From the IMG/VR virus record IMGVR_UViG_3300006141_000002: DNA of 64,000 nt. The stretch is one strand, 5' to 3'. This DNA comes from a virus. Lineage: Duplodnaviria; Heunggongvirae; Uroviricota; Caudoviricetes. Position 1 is the stretch's first letter; the number at the start of each line of letters is the position of its first letter. The notes beneath the pieces were generated by a model. It was not told where the DNA came from. It ran no database searches and saw nothing but the letters and a program-made list of their open reading frames with translations. The translations under genes and the position numbers were made by a program. This document shows, piece after piece, positions 1 to 8,628 of this stretch.

Positions 1-336
1 GACAACACATTTCATTACTTCCTGAACCCAAGAACCTGTCAGCCGAGCTGCAAGGATGGAAAGCAGTGGACGTTGCAGGAATGGCTCGACGAGTTCAAGA
101 TTATTGAGACCGAACAAATGACGCAAGCGTGGAATCGACTGATTGGCGGATTGATAGAGGTAACTTTCAGGATGGATAAAAGCAAAATCAATGGATTGCT
201 TTTAGATGCTCTGCTGTTTACTCTATATTTTGGATATGACACCAGTATTCCGTACATCGAGCAAGTAGAAGCTCACATGATGTTTGCCAAAAGACTATTC
301 AAAGAAAAGTTTAACAAAGATGTGATATTTAATTAA
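1..336 (+). CDS. Hypothetical protein, 5' partial
   Basis: Frame 1 is open from base 1 to TAA at 334-336; start lies upstream of the window. Confidence 0.6.
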   Translation, partial: DNTFHYFLNPRTCQPSCKDGKQWTLQEWLDEFKIIETEQMTQAWNRLIGGLIEVTFRMDKSKINGLLLDALLFTLYFGYDTSIPYIEQVEAHMMFAKRLFKEKFNKDVIFN

Positions 337-358
337 AGAGAAAGGTGGCCAGGACGGA

Positions 359-1207
359 ATGGACAAGCAATGGGTTGATACCAGAAAACAGCAACTTATG
401 TTGGAAGCACAGTCTATGCGAGACAAAATCGCTGAAACAATCAATGCTTCTGAACTATTTACAGTACAGGACAAACAAGACTTGATCGCGCTTCTCGATA
501 ACCACGACGGTAATCCGTACAGTTGTTTCGACACAGCCGCAAGGCTCAAGCTATATGAGAACCATAAGGGCGACAAGGATTTTGCACTCAACTATTTCGA
601 CATTATGGGCTTTGTCAAAAACACTGGTGTTGCAAAGTATGAGTCGATACTCTATATGATTCGCCGTGGGCTGGACAGATATCTTGATTCAGACAAAGTT
701 GAATTCGATGGCGACATCATCATCACAGACCCCTGCTACATTATGCGTGCTGAGCACCATGGTACAACACCTATCACCGAGGACGATTGGGCGGCGTGTA
801 ACTACGGCGAAAACATGGAAGACCTAGGCATCAAGAACTTTATGACCCGCGACACCATTTATGGCGACTGGGGCTGTACGGTCTACAATACAGATACCAA
901 GGAATCTATTGGCGAGTTCTGCGCAGATGCAGGGCTCGTTTCTGTTTTTCTGCTGGATGAAGTTATCAAGTATAATCCAGACTTCGACTATCACAAAGAG
1001 CGGACATGGACAACGACGCTGATCCCTGATTTCAAAGGGACTGTTCAGTTTGTGGTAGAGCGCGAGGAAGGTGTGTACGATGACGATACTGAGTACAACA
1101 AGAATGGCGAGAAATGGGAGGACTACAGCGTCCATGTTGTCGGTCACGGTGTTAACAAAAGAACTAGCAAGCCTATCAACTTCCGAAGCACACAGACCGG
1201 ATTATAA
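359..1207 (+). CDS. Hypothetical phage protein (282 aa)
   Basis: Long ORF after AAAGGTGG RBS, followed by a terminator. Confidence 0.8.
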   Translation: MDKQWVDTRKQQLMLEAQSMRDKIAETINASELFTVQDKQDLIALLDNHDGNPYSCFDTAARLKLYENHKGDKDFALNYFDIMGFVKNTGVAKYESILYMIRRGLDRYLDSDKVEFDGDIIITDPCYIMRAEHHGTTPITEDDWAACNYGENMEDLGIKNFMTRDTIYGDWGCTVYNTDTKESIGEFCADAGLVSVFLLDEVIKYNPDFDYHKERTWTTTLIPDFKGTVQFVVEREEGVYDDDTEYNKNGEKWEDYSVHVVGHGVNKRTSKPINFRSTQTGL

Positions 1208-1228
1208 AACCTGACTTTTATGAAAACA

Positions 1229-1262
1229 CCCGCCCTGTATCTATGTACTGGGCGGGCTTTTT
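1229..1262 (+). terminator. Intrinsic terminator between convergent genes
   Basis: CCCGCCC...GGGCGGG stem followed by a T-tract. Confidence 0.7.
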
Positions 1263-1263
1263 C

Positions 1264-1461
1264 TTAGACTTCTAAACCGAGTTTTTCAGCGATCTCTTCC
1301 GGAGAAAGGCCAGCCTCTTTGGCTTTCGCCATAACAGTCTTCATGTTGACCGGATGCTGAAGCTTCTGCTTCTGCGCTTCGAGGGCTTCGATCTCTGATT
1401 TTTTCTTGGCGATTTTGTCCTCAATAAGGGCGATTCTTTCCTCAACGCTTTTAGCGGCCAT
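1264..1461 (-). CDS. Small coiled-coil protein (65 aa) with a short helical C-terminus, possibly DUF4315-like
   Basis: ATG at 1461 with AGAAAGGTGG RBS; own near-consensus promoter; family call weak. Confidence 0.7.
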   Translation of the reverse strand: MAAKSVEERIALIEDKIAKKKSEIEALEAQKQKLQHPVNMKTVMAKAKEAGLSPEEIAEKLGLEV

Positions 1462-1493
1462 GTTGTTATACCACCTTTCTGAAAGATGTTCCC

Positions 1494-1522
1494 AGTATAA
1501 GCGATAGCGCAAAGGTTGTCAA
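1494..1522 (-). promoter_or_regulatory. SigA-type promoter for the 65-aa gene
   Basis: TTGACA-17 nt-TATACT on the minus strand. Confidence 0.75.
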
Positions 1523-1595
1523 TGGGACAGGTCAAAGAATTGAAACATTTTTGTACGCAAACCATCAAACGGTTATTATGATAGGAGGAATCACA

Positions 1596-2048
1596 ATGAA
1601 CATCGTACTCGTAAAGCATAGCGAACAGCAGACGAAGAAATATTGTTTTTCTGTCCCAGATAGCATCTTGCCGCATATCCATCAAGGCGCCAATGTGATA
1701 TGTGAAACAAGGCGAGGAAACAACCCGGGCTGCGTTGTATCGCCTGTTCTGTCAGGCGAGGATGCAGAACGCGTAACGGCGGAGAATGGCGCCACCACGC
1801 CGCTGCGCAATATCATTGCTGTTGTGAAAAACATTGATATTGTGGGTGTCAGGATTCCGATCTGGATGGAGCTTCATCAGCCGCATGAGAACAAGGTTGA
1901 GCGGCGCAGGCGTGAGCTGCGGTCTTATGGCTGCGTGCGAACGAAGGTCGATATCGACGATGAAGGTATCCTCCTCGATGGATACACCGCATACATTGCG
2001 TGCAAGGAATGTGGGATGTCCACAATTCCGGTGGCGGTGTACGCATGA
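1596..2048 (+). CDS. Hypothetical protein with a ParB-like C-terminal domain
   Basis: AGGAGG RBS before ATG 1596; ILLDGYTAYIA resembles a degenerate ParB/Srx xIDGxxRxxA motif. Confidence 0.5.
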   Translation: MNIVLVKHSEQQTKKYCFSVPDSILPHIHQGANVICETRRGNNPGCVVSPVLSGEDAERVTAENGATTPLRNIIAVVKNIDIVGVRIPIWMELHQPHENKVERRRRELRSYGCVRTKVDIDDEGILLDGYTAYIACKECGMSTIPVAVYA

Positions 2049-2208
2049 TGAACAGAGAAAGGAGATAATACCAATCCTGGTAAACCAGGTTCATGTAGGA
2101 TTGAAAAGTGCATGGTAAAGCTGCCTGTTACAGCGTGAGTACAAACCAGTAAGTACAAGCTTGGGAGGATTAGGCGGTTGACCTCAGCCAGATTCGGTTG
2201 TGGTCGGT

Positions 2209-2955
2209 ATGAAATATATAGCGAGCGTCAGCTTCGGGAAGGACTCACTTTCCATGTTGCTGCGTTTGGTAGAAGAAAAGAAACCTCTGGATGCCGTTGT
2301 TTTCTATAATACGGGAATGGAATTTGACGCAATATATCGCATCAGGGACAAAATGAAGCCGATACTGTGTAGCCTTGGCATAGATTTTATTGAGCTATAC
2401 CCGGCTGAACCATTTCTGTATTCCATGTTAGAAAGGCCGGTAAGGTCCCGTGATGGATCGTGTCATTATGGATATGCGTGGTGCGGCGGTAGATGCCGCT
2501 GGGGAACAACTGCGAAGACAGCGGCGATCCGGAGGTTCAAAAAATCTTTGGCAGATGACGTTACAGACTATGTTGGGATTGCAGCGGATGAACCAGAACG
2601 GTTTGAGAAGGAGAAATCTGAAGGAAAGCTTTTGCCGCTTGTTGAATGGGGAATGACAGAAGCAGACTGCCTTTCTTATTGCAGGAATAGGGGATGGAGC
2701 TGGAAGGAAAAGTCTCCAGAAACAGAATCCGGTACAATAGATCTGTACGACATCCTCGATAGAGTTTCATGCTGGTGCTGTGCAAACAAGAACCTGAAGG
2801 AACTGCGGAATATCTACCGTTATCTTCCGCAGTATTGGAGTAAACTTGAAGATTTACAGCGCCAGATTAACAGGCCGTTTAAGGGCTTTTATAATGGCGA
2901 ATCAAGAGGAATATTTGAACTTAAACGGAGGTTTGACTGTGATACGAAAACATAA
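2209..2955 (+). CDS. PAPS reductase (PP-loop) family protein, copy 1
   Basis: SVSFGKDS PP-loop, YNTGMEF, YVGIAADE and C-terminal RVSCWCC motifs. Confidence 0.85.
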   Translation: MKYIASVSFGKDSLSMLLRLVEEKKPLDAVVFYNTGMEFDAIYRIRDKMKPILCSLGIDFIELYPAEPFLYSMLERPVRSRDGSCHYGYAWCGGRCRWGTTAKTAAIRRFKKSLADDVTDYVGIAADEPERFEKEKSEGKLLPLVEWGMTEADCLSYCRNRGWSWKEKSPETESGTIDLYDILDRVSCWCCANKNLKELRNIYRYLPQYWSKLEDLQRQINRPFKGFYNGESRGIFELKRRFDCDTKT

Positions 2956-2970
2956 GAAGGAGTGGTGACG

Positions 2971-3573
2971 GTGAGCGAGGTAAGTATCAGCAGCGCAAAC
3001 AAGAAGATGGGGAAGATCTCCAGCGTATCTCTTCCATCTGTGGTAACGTGCCGGAAGTGCGCATGTCAGCAAAAGTGTTATGCGAGGAAGCTGGAACGTC
3101 TGCGACCGGCAGTAGCGGCGGCGTACAAACGAAACCTGGATGTTCTTCAGAGCGATCCAGATACATATTGGAGAGAGGTCGAGGCGGCAATCATGCTGTC
3201 TCGATTTTTTAGATTCCACGTATCGGGCGATATTCCCGACATCACGTATTTGATCCGGATGGTCGATGTCGCGCAGAGAAACCAGCATTGCCAAATCTTA
3301 TGCTTCACAAAGAAGTATGAGTTGGTGAACGATTATCTTTCAGGTGGAGCCGTTCTCCCATCAAATTTACATATGATCCTTAGCGCATGGACTGGACTTG
3401 AGATGCAGAACCCATTTCTGCTCCCCGAGGCTCATGTCAGATACCGCGACGGCTCTACCACCGCGAGAGATGACGCGAAACTTTGCGGAGGTAACTGTAC
3501 TGAGTGCGCTTGCACAGACGATGGATGCTGGACTCTCCAGAGAGGAGAGCAGGTAATTTTCAACGAACATTAA
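2971..3573 (+). CDS. GP88-like Cys-rich (putative Fe-S) phage protein
   Basis: NKKMG...SLP..TC..C...CYA, FRFHVSGD and FTK motifs recalled from the GP88 family; second Cys cluster at the C-terminus. Confidence 0.65.
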   Translation: MSEVSISSANKKMGKISSVSLPSVVTCRKCACQQKCYARKLERLRPAVAAAYKRNLDVLQSDPDTYWREVEAAIMLSRFFRFHVSGDIPDITYLIRMVDVAQRNQHCQILCFTKKYELVNDYLSGGAVLPSNLHMILSAWTGLEMQNPFLLPEAHVRYRDGSTTARDDAKLCGGNCTECACTDDGCWTLQRGEQVIFNEH

Positions 3574-3587
3574 GGAGGAATGCTGGC

Positions 3588-4040
3588 ATGAGTATGAGCT
3601 ATTGGATGATCGAAGGCGTCGGACTGGACACCGACAAAATTATTCCGTACCTGAACAGTGAAAAACTTGCGCAGTTCCTGATTGAGCAGCTTGGTCAGGA
3701 GCCGGGAACGGTGACGGAACTGAAACGCATGGTCGCTTCCGGAGACTTCAGTTCGCTCGATATTGAAGACTATCTGTACGGCCAACCGTTCGATAATATT
3801 GCTGACCTGCTGACCCATTGCGATGATACAGACTCCATCACTTATGGTGATGATGGCGAGGGCAGCTACTACTTCTATTACCCACCCTCCATGCCTTGGG
3901 AGATGCGAGATACTGAGCCCAAGAACATCCAAGAGGTTCACAACCGTATTATTGCGGCTGTGCAGCAGGTGGCTGACTTGGAGTCAGACGAAATCGATCT
4001 AATGATTGACGATGACCTGCATGTCGTAGGGTTCGGTTGA
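3588..4040 (+). CDS. Hypothetical acidic protein
   Basis: AAGGAGG RBS, ATG 3588, tightly packed in operon. Confidence 0.7.
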   Translation: MSMSYWMIEGVGLDTDKIIPYLNSEKLAQFLIEQLGQEPGTVTELKRMVASGDFSSLDIEDYLYGQPFDNIADLLTHCDDTDSITYGDDGEGSYYFYYPPSMPWEMRDTEPKNIQEVHNRIIAAVQQVADLESDEIDLMIDDDLHVVGFG

Positions 4041-4041
4041 T

Positions 4042-4473
4042 ATGGAGCCCGCATCCAGCTTCACATGGAACAAAGAAAGCGAGGGATTCTATTCCAGACA
4101 CAAGTTATCCAACGGACAATACTGTATGGTTGGTTTCTTCCGCTTTCACACGAAGCGCGCTACCTGCTATTATGTGGCTTTTGCTGTTGCGGACAAAAAG
4201 AAGAACCTGAATGGATGGTTTGAGAATAACAAGAACAATAACATCGAGTATAAGATGACCGGACGATGCGGAGTAGAAGCGTTGCTTTGGTGTCGTGACA
4301 GACTTCTGGAGTTTGAAGAATTTGTTCCGACAGACAAGGTGGAAGACACGAAGATTGTGGTCTGCGCAACAGACTCAAAACGATTTCGTATGTACGAAAA
4401 GGCGCTTTCCAGATATGGATATAGAAAGGTATTCATGGACGGCTGCTGGTCTATGGTCAAAACGTTAAATTGA
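4042..4473 (+). CDS. Hypothetical protein
   Basis: ORF abutting the upstream stop codon. Confidence 0.65.
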   Translation: MEPASSFTWNKESEGFYSRHKLSNGQYCMVGFFRFHTKRATCYYVAFAVADKKKNLNGWFENNKNNNIEYKMTGRCGVEALLWCRDRLLEFEEFVPTDKVEDTKIVVCATDSKRFRMYEKALSRYGYRKVFMDGCWSMVKTLN

Positions 4474-4488
4474 AAGGAGGCGGCAATT

Positions 4489-4677
4489 ATGGCGTGTTAT
4501 CGAAACGGCAGTTGCGGCCCCTATGAGAACAGGTCGTGTTCAGAGTGCCCTGCAAGCAAGCCGGAGTACCTTCTTGGATCAGCTATTGCGGGCGGGATGA
4601 TTGTTGGCGAGAATCTTATCGTTGACGACAGGTTTAAGAGTCGTAAGGGCGGGAATGAGGTGATGCGCAATGCCTGA
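4489..4677 (+). CDS. Small Cys-rich hypothetical protein
   Basis: AAGGAGG RBS; CYRNGSC...CSECP. Confidence 0.6.
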   Translation: MACYRNGSCGPYENRSCSECPASKPEYLLGSAIAGGMIVGENLIVDDRFKSRKGGNEVMRNA

Positions 4678-5248
4678 AAAGTTTTATATCTCGGATTGGC
4701 ACTATGGTCATAAGAACTGTCTGGCCTTTGATAATCGCCCGTTCACAACTATTGAGCAAATGAATACAGCTCTTGTGGGACGCTGGAATAGTGTAGTTAA
4801 GCCTGGCGACTCCGTATATGTGCTTGGCGATATGTTCTGGTGCAATGCGGACACAGCAATCCCGATTCTTAATTCTCTGGCCGGAGAGATTTTCCTGGTC
4901 AAAGGGAATCATGACAGGTGTCATATCAAGAGGTTCGTGGATCAGTTCGTAAAGGTATCCGAGTATATGGAAATTGAAGACAAGGATCGTAAGGTTGTGC
5001 TATGCCACTACCCAATTCCATGCTTCAAGAATCATTTCTATGGCTGGTATCACCTTTACGGGCACGTACATAATTCGTTTGAGTATAACATGATGGAACA
5101 TACCAAATTCTTAATGAAGGAGTTATACGACCGTCAATGCAATATGTTCAATGTTGGTGCGATGATGCCATGGATGGACTATACTCCACGTACACTCAAC
5201 GAAATCATTTCTACCGCTAAGGAGGAGAAAGCAAATGAGGCAAATTAG
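4670..5248 (+). CDS. Calcineurin-like metallophosphoesterase
   Basis: SDWHYGH, LGDM, KGNHD, CHYP and LYGHVH motifs. Confidence 0.9.
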   Translation: MPEKFYISDWHYGHKNCLAFDNRPFTTIEQMNTALVGRWNSVVKPGDSVYVLGDMFWCNADTAIPILNSLAGEIFLVKGNHDRCHIKRFVDQFVKVSEYMEIEDKDRKVVLCHYPIPCFKNHFYGWYHLYGHVHNSFEYNMMEHTKFLMKELYDRQCNMFNVGAMMPWMDYTPRTLNEIISTAKEEKANEAN

Positions 5249-5729
5249 AAACGGCGTATTTGAGACAAACAGCAGCAGTACACATTCTGTTTCTGTGAGA
5301 TGCGGTAAAGGGCTTCAGCAAAACTGGATGCCGGTTGGAAACGACGGGTATATCCATGCAAGCCTTGACGAATTTGGGTGGGAGATTGAGACATACAGAG
5401 ATCAAGATGCAAAGCTGTCTTATCTTTTGACAATGGCGTACATGAAAAACCCGCCAAGCGTCCACAGTTGGTCTGACGAGTATTCCCAGCCGGATGATAT
5501 CAAGAGGTTCATGAAGACGAAAGACTTCAAGATGATCAGCGATGCGGTTGCAAAGTACGCCGGTTGTAAAGGTGTCATGTTGGACGGAATTGATGGTGGA
5601 TACATTGATCATCAAAGCCATGAGGATTACATGACAACGCAAGAATTTTTGGATGAATATGGTGTTGATGTGATTGAATTCGTTTACGGTCGAGGCGTTT
5701 ATGTTCATACAGATAATGACAATCATTGA
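5235..5729 (+). CDS. Conserved hypothetical phage protein
   Basis: N-terminal IRNGVFETNSSSTHS motif typical of gut phage hypotheticals. Confidence 0.7.
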   Translation: MRQIRNGVFETNSSSTHSVSVRCGKGLQQNWMPVGNDGYIHASLDEFGWEIETYRDQDAKLSYLLTMAYMKNPPSVHSWSDEYSQPDDIKRFMKTKDFKMISDAVAKYAGCKGVMLDGIDGGYIDHQSHEDYMTTQEFLDEYGVDVIEFVYGRGVYVHTDNDNH

Positions 5730-5737
5730 GGTGCTAT

Positions 5738-6073
5738 ATGAATCGTGAAGAAAGACGGCGTACGGCAAAGAACGGAACGTTTATGGGCGTTCTCAATGAC
5801 ATAAAAATAGCCAACCAGTTCAAGGCCGCCATTGAAGGGGATTGGCCAATCAAAGAGGGTGACAAAGTAAAGCTTAACCTTGATGCCATCATGAAGCATC
5901 CTGGCTATCAGCAACAACTGCCTGCATACCGAAAGTTCTGTGAAGAAAACACTGAAACAGTTTTCACTGTCGCATATGATGAGAGGCTCCGTCAAAGTAT
6001 TGTATGCCTTGTTGAAGATAAAACCGAACCGAAATGGCTGTTTTGGATTGGAGATTTAACTAAGGTGTCATAA
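5738..6073 (+). CDS. Hypothetical protein
   Basis: GAGGTG RBS, ATG 5738. Confidence 0.7.
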   Translation: MNREERRRTAKNGTFMGVLNDIKIANQFKAAIEGDWPIKEGDKVKLNLDAIMKHPGYQQQLPAYRKFCEENTETVFTVAYDERLRQSIVCLVEDKTEPKWLFWIGDLTKVS

Positions 6074-6092
6074 ACCTGCTGGCTGCGCAAAG

Positions 6093-6665
6093 GTGGTGGT
6101 ATTTGTGTCTAACCAAGAAATTGAACATCAAATTATTGATAATGAAAAGCTGGTATATTTCATTATCAACAAGTATTTCTACGACTATCGCGCCGACGAA
6201 GATCTTATACAGTGCGGCAGAATTGGCCTATGGAGGGCTTGCGAGAGGTTTGACGGCGGGAAAAGTAAGTTCTCTACGTTTGCGAGCAAGTGTATCTATA
6301 ACGCAATCGTGCATGAGCTGCAGAACCGCAACAACGAATGGAAGCTTGGGTGTGTGGAGTCGCTTGATCGTGTGATTGAGACCGACAGAGAATCCGGAAG
6401 TGACATTACAGTTGGACATCTGATACCAGTCATCGAGGAGGGCTATTGCGAGATCGACTACGATTTGTCCTCCGTCAAAAAGAAACTATCAGAGCGAGAT
6501 GCCGAAGCATTCCAAATGCACCTTGATGGGTTCAAAGCTGTAGAGATTGCCGAAATCTATGGTTTCAGCCGGTCGTGGGCATCAAGAGTCATCAGAGACG
6601 CACAGTACATAGCCCGTAAAGAACTGCTTGGGAACAGAAAACCCGCCATCAGGCGGGTTTCTTGA
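6093..6665 (+). CDS. Phage sigma-70 family sigma factor (regions 2 and 4)
   Basis: EDLIQCGRIGLWRACERFD...KFSTFASKCIYNAI region 2; C-terminal EIAEIYGFSRSWASR HTH. Confidence 0.85.
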   Translation: MVVFVSNQEIEHQIIDNEKLVYFIINKYFYDYRADEDLIQCGRIGLWRACERFDGGKSKFSTFASKCIYNAIVHELQNRNNEWKLGCVESLDRVIETDRESGSDITVGHLIPVIEEGYCEIDYDLSSVKKKLSERDAEAFQMHLDGFKAVEIAEIYGFSRSWASRVIRDAQYIARKELLGNRKPAIRRVS

Positions 6666-6670
6666 TCCTA

Positions 6671-6988
6671 TCAATATCGTTCAATCAGTTGTTTGCGCTT
6701 AGCTTCATATTCATCCTGAGTAATTGTTCCATTTTTGCGCATGGAACTTAGGTCTTTGAGTTTATTCTCAAGATCGCTCTTATTGGTTCTGGGGAGTAAT
6801 TTGTTACTAATGAGTGCGGCGACCAATGCAACAATCAAGGCAAGAGCAACTCCAACAGCCGAAGTAATGAGCATTGCATCATCCTCATATCCAGGGGATG
6901 CTGGAATTTTGAACACGAAATTGATTGAGATGATGAACATAGCTATAGCCGATATGATTGAGATAAGCAGGATTTTACAAGTCCGCAT
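6671..6988 (-). CDS. Two-TM membrane protein with C-terminal SHOCT domain (moron-like)
   Basis: Two hydrophobic helices; LKDLSSMRKNGTITQDEYEAKRKQL SHOCT motif; AAAGGAG RBS 7 nt before ATG 6988. Confidence 0.8.
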   Translation of the reverse strand: MRTCKILLISIISAIAMFIISINFVFKIPASPGYEDDAMLITSAVGVALALIVALVAALISNKLLPRTNKSDLENKLKDLSSMRKNGTITQDEYEAKRKQLIERY

Positions 6989-7018
6989 ATACAAACTCCT
7001 TTATCATGTAGTGTCACA

Positions 7019-7046
7019 AGTATAACACAAATTCAGAAAAACGCAA
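7019..7046 (-). promoter_or_regulatory. Extended -10 promoter for the SHOCT gene
   Basis: TTGCGT-16 nt-TATACT with TGn extension on the minus strand. Confidence 0.55.
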
Positions 7047-7060
7047 GGAGGTGGTTCCAG

Positions 7061-8197
7061 ATGATTTATCTCGACAACGCTGCCACTACAAAAGTGTCAC
7101 CAGAGGTTATGGAGGCGATGTCTCCATACTTCTCTGAATTTTATGGGAATCCAGGCAGTATCCACTTCGCGGGGCGCGTAGCGGAAGAGGCCGTGGAGAA
7201 CGCCCGTAAATACGTTGCAGCTCCAATCGGGGCAGACCCGAACAATATCATTTTTACTGGCGGCGGTTCTGAGGCTAACAATCTTGCAATTCGCGGGGTC
7301 GCGGAATACTTGAAGTCAATCGGTAAGAATCATATCATCACAACACAGGTGGAACACCACTCCGTTTTGGAGTGTCTAAAACAGTCATTTTATGACACAT
7401 TCTATGTTACCTATCTGCCTGTTCGCAGAGATGGAAGCATTGATATTGAACTGCTGGAAGCAAGCATCTGTGATAGAACCGGTCTTGTCTCTGTGATGAC
7501 TGTCAATAACGAAACGGGCAACCTGTATCCAATCCATGAAATTGGAGAGATTTGTCACCAAAACAACGTACTGTTCCATACAGACTGTGTGCAGGGATAT
7601 TGCCAGACCGGCATTGATGTAAAGCGGGACTTCATTGATTTCCTGTCTGCTTCAGGGCACAAGATACATGCGCCAAAGGGCGTTGGTTTTCTGTATACGT
7701 CAAGAAAGGAGATGCTTCATCCTGTCATATACGGCGGAAGTCAGGAGTACGGCCTGCGTGGGGGGACACATAACACGCCGTATATTGTTGGCATGGGGTG
7801 GGCGGCGCAGATTGCTCATAAGAGCTATCTAAGCGGAGATTGTGTTTACGGAGAAATGCTTTCGCACGTCAAGCAGCAAATTCTGTCCGAGATTCCCGAT
7901 GCACATATCAATGGAACACCATTTGCAAACTCAAAGACTGTCAACATCCGTTTCGATGGAGTGGATGGCGAAACGCTTCTTATGGTGCTTGACAGTATGG
8001 GAATTGAGGTGTCGGCCGGCTCTGCTTGTTCCGCACATTATGCTGTACCAAGCCACGTACTGTCTGCCATCGGCCTAACCGACGATGAAGCGAGAGGTTC
8101 TATCCGCATTTCCGTATCGAAGTACACCACATTCGAGGAAATCAACGAGGCCATACAGGCTATCGTTGATACGGTCAAAGAGCTACGAGGAGGTTAA
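7061..8197 (+). CDS. iscS: Cysteine desulfurase (IscS/NifS type)
   Basis: IYLDNAATT, YGNP, SGHKIHAPKG (PLP lysine), SAGSACS (catalytic Cys) and IRISVS. Confidence 0.95.
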   Translation: MIYLDNAATTKVSPEVMEAMSPYFSEFYGNPGSIHFAGRVAEEAVENARKYVAAPIGADPNNIIFTGGGSEANNLAIRGVAEYLKSIGKNHIITTQVEHHSVLECLKQSFYDTFYVTYLPVRRDGSIDIELLEASICDRTGLVSVMTVNNETGNLYPIHEIGEICHQNNVLFHTDCVQGYCQTGIDVKRDFIDFLSASGHKIHAPKGVGFLYTSRKEMLHPVIYGGSQEYGLRGGTHNTPYIVGMGWAAQIAHKSYLSGDCVYGEMLSHVKQQILSEIPDAHINGTPFANSKTVNIRFDGVDGETLLMVLDSMGIEVSAGSACSAHYAVPSHVLSAIGLTDDEARGSIRISVSKYTTFEEINEAIQAIVDTVKELRGG

Positions 8198-8199
8198 TT

Positions 8200-8619
8200 A
8201 TGGGGTACTACACTGACTATACACTGAGCGTCTACAGCACCGTAGACTATGAAGTTCCTGCCGGTCCAATGAAACTGTCAGATAAGATTTCACCGATCAT
8301 GGAACAACTGGTTGATGAAGAAATTGACAGGATGAATATCTTCTCAGACGGGAATATCAAGGACTCATACTACACCAATGCAAAGTGGTATGACCACGAG
8401 GAAGATATGCGTATCCTGTCTGCCAGATTCCCAGGCATGGTATTCTGGCTTAGCGGCCAGGGCGAAAGCCAAGAAGACCTTTGGCAAAAGTTCTTTGTCA
8501 ACGGGCGGATGCAGGAATGTCGTGCGCAGATTATATACGATGATTTCGATCCGGAAAAGCTGGACGAGTGGACACCTGACGATACCTTGGAGAAGAAATA
8601 TAGTTATCAGCTCACATGA
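8200..8619 (+). CDS. Hypothetical protein
   Basis: GGAGG RBS, operon context. Confidence 0.75.
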   Translation: MGYYTDYTLSVYSTVDYEVPAGPMKLSDKISPIMEQLVDEEIDRMNIFSDGNIKDSYYTNAKWYDHEEDMRILSARFPGMVFWLSGQGESQEDLWQKFFVNGRMQECRAQIIYDDFDPEKLDEWTPDDTLEKKYSYQLT

Positions 8620-8628
8620 GGTCTCAGT

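Noticed and set aside
2049-2208. Small gene or RNA between the ParB-like and PAPS genes
   Set aside because: An RBS-like AAAGGAG and a short CCTGG/CCAGG hairpin are present, but there is no suitably spaced start codon and too little structure to call
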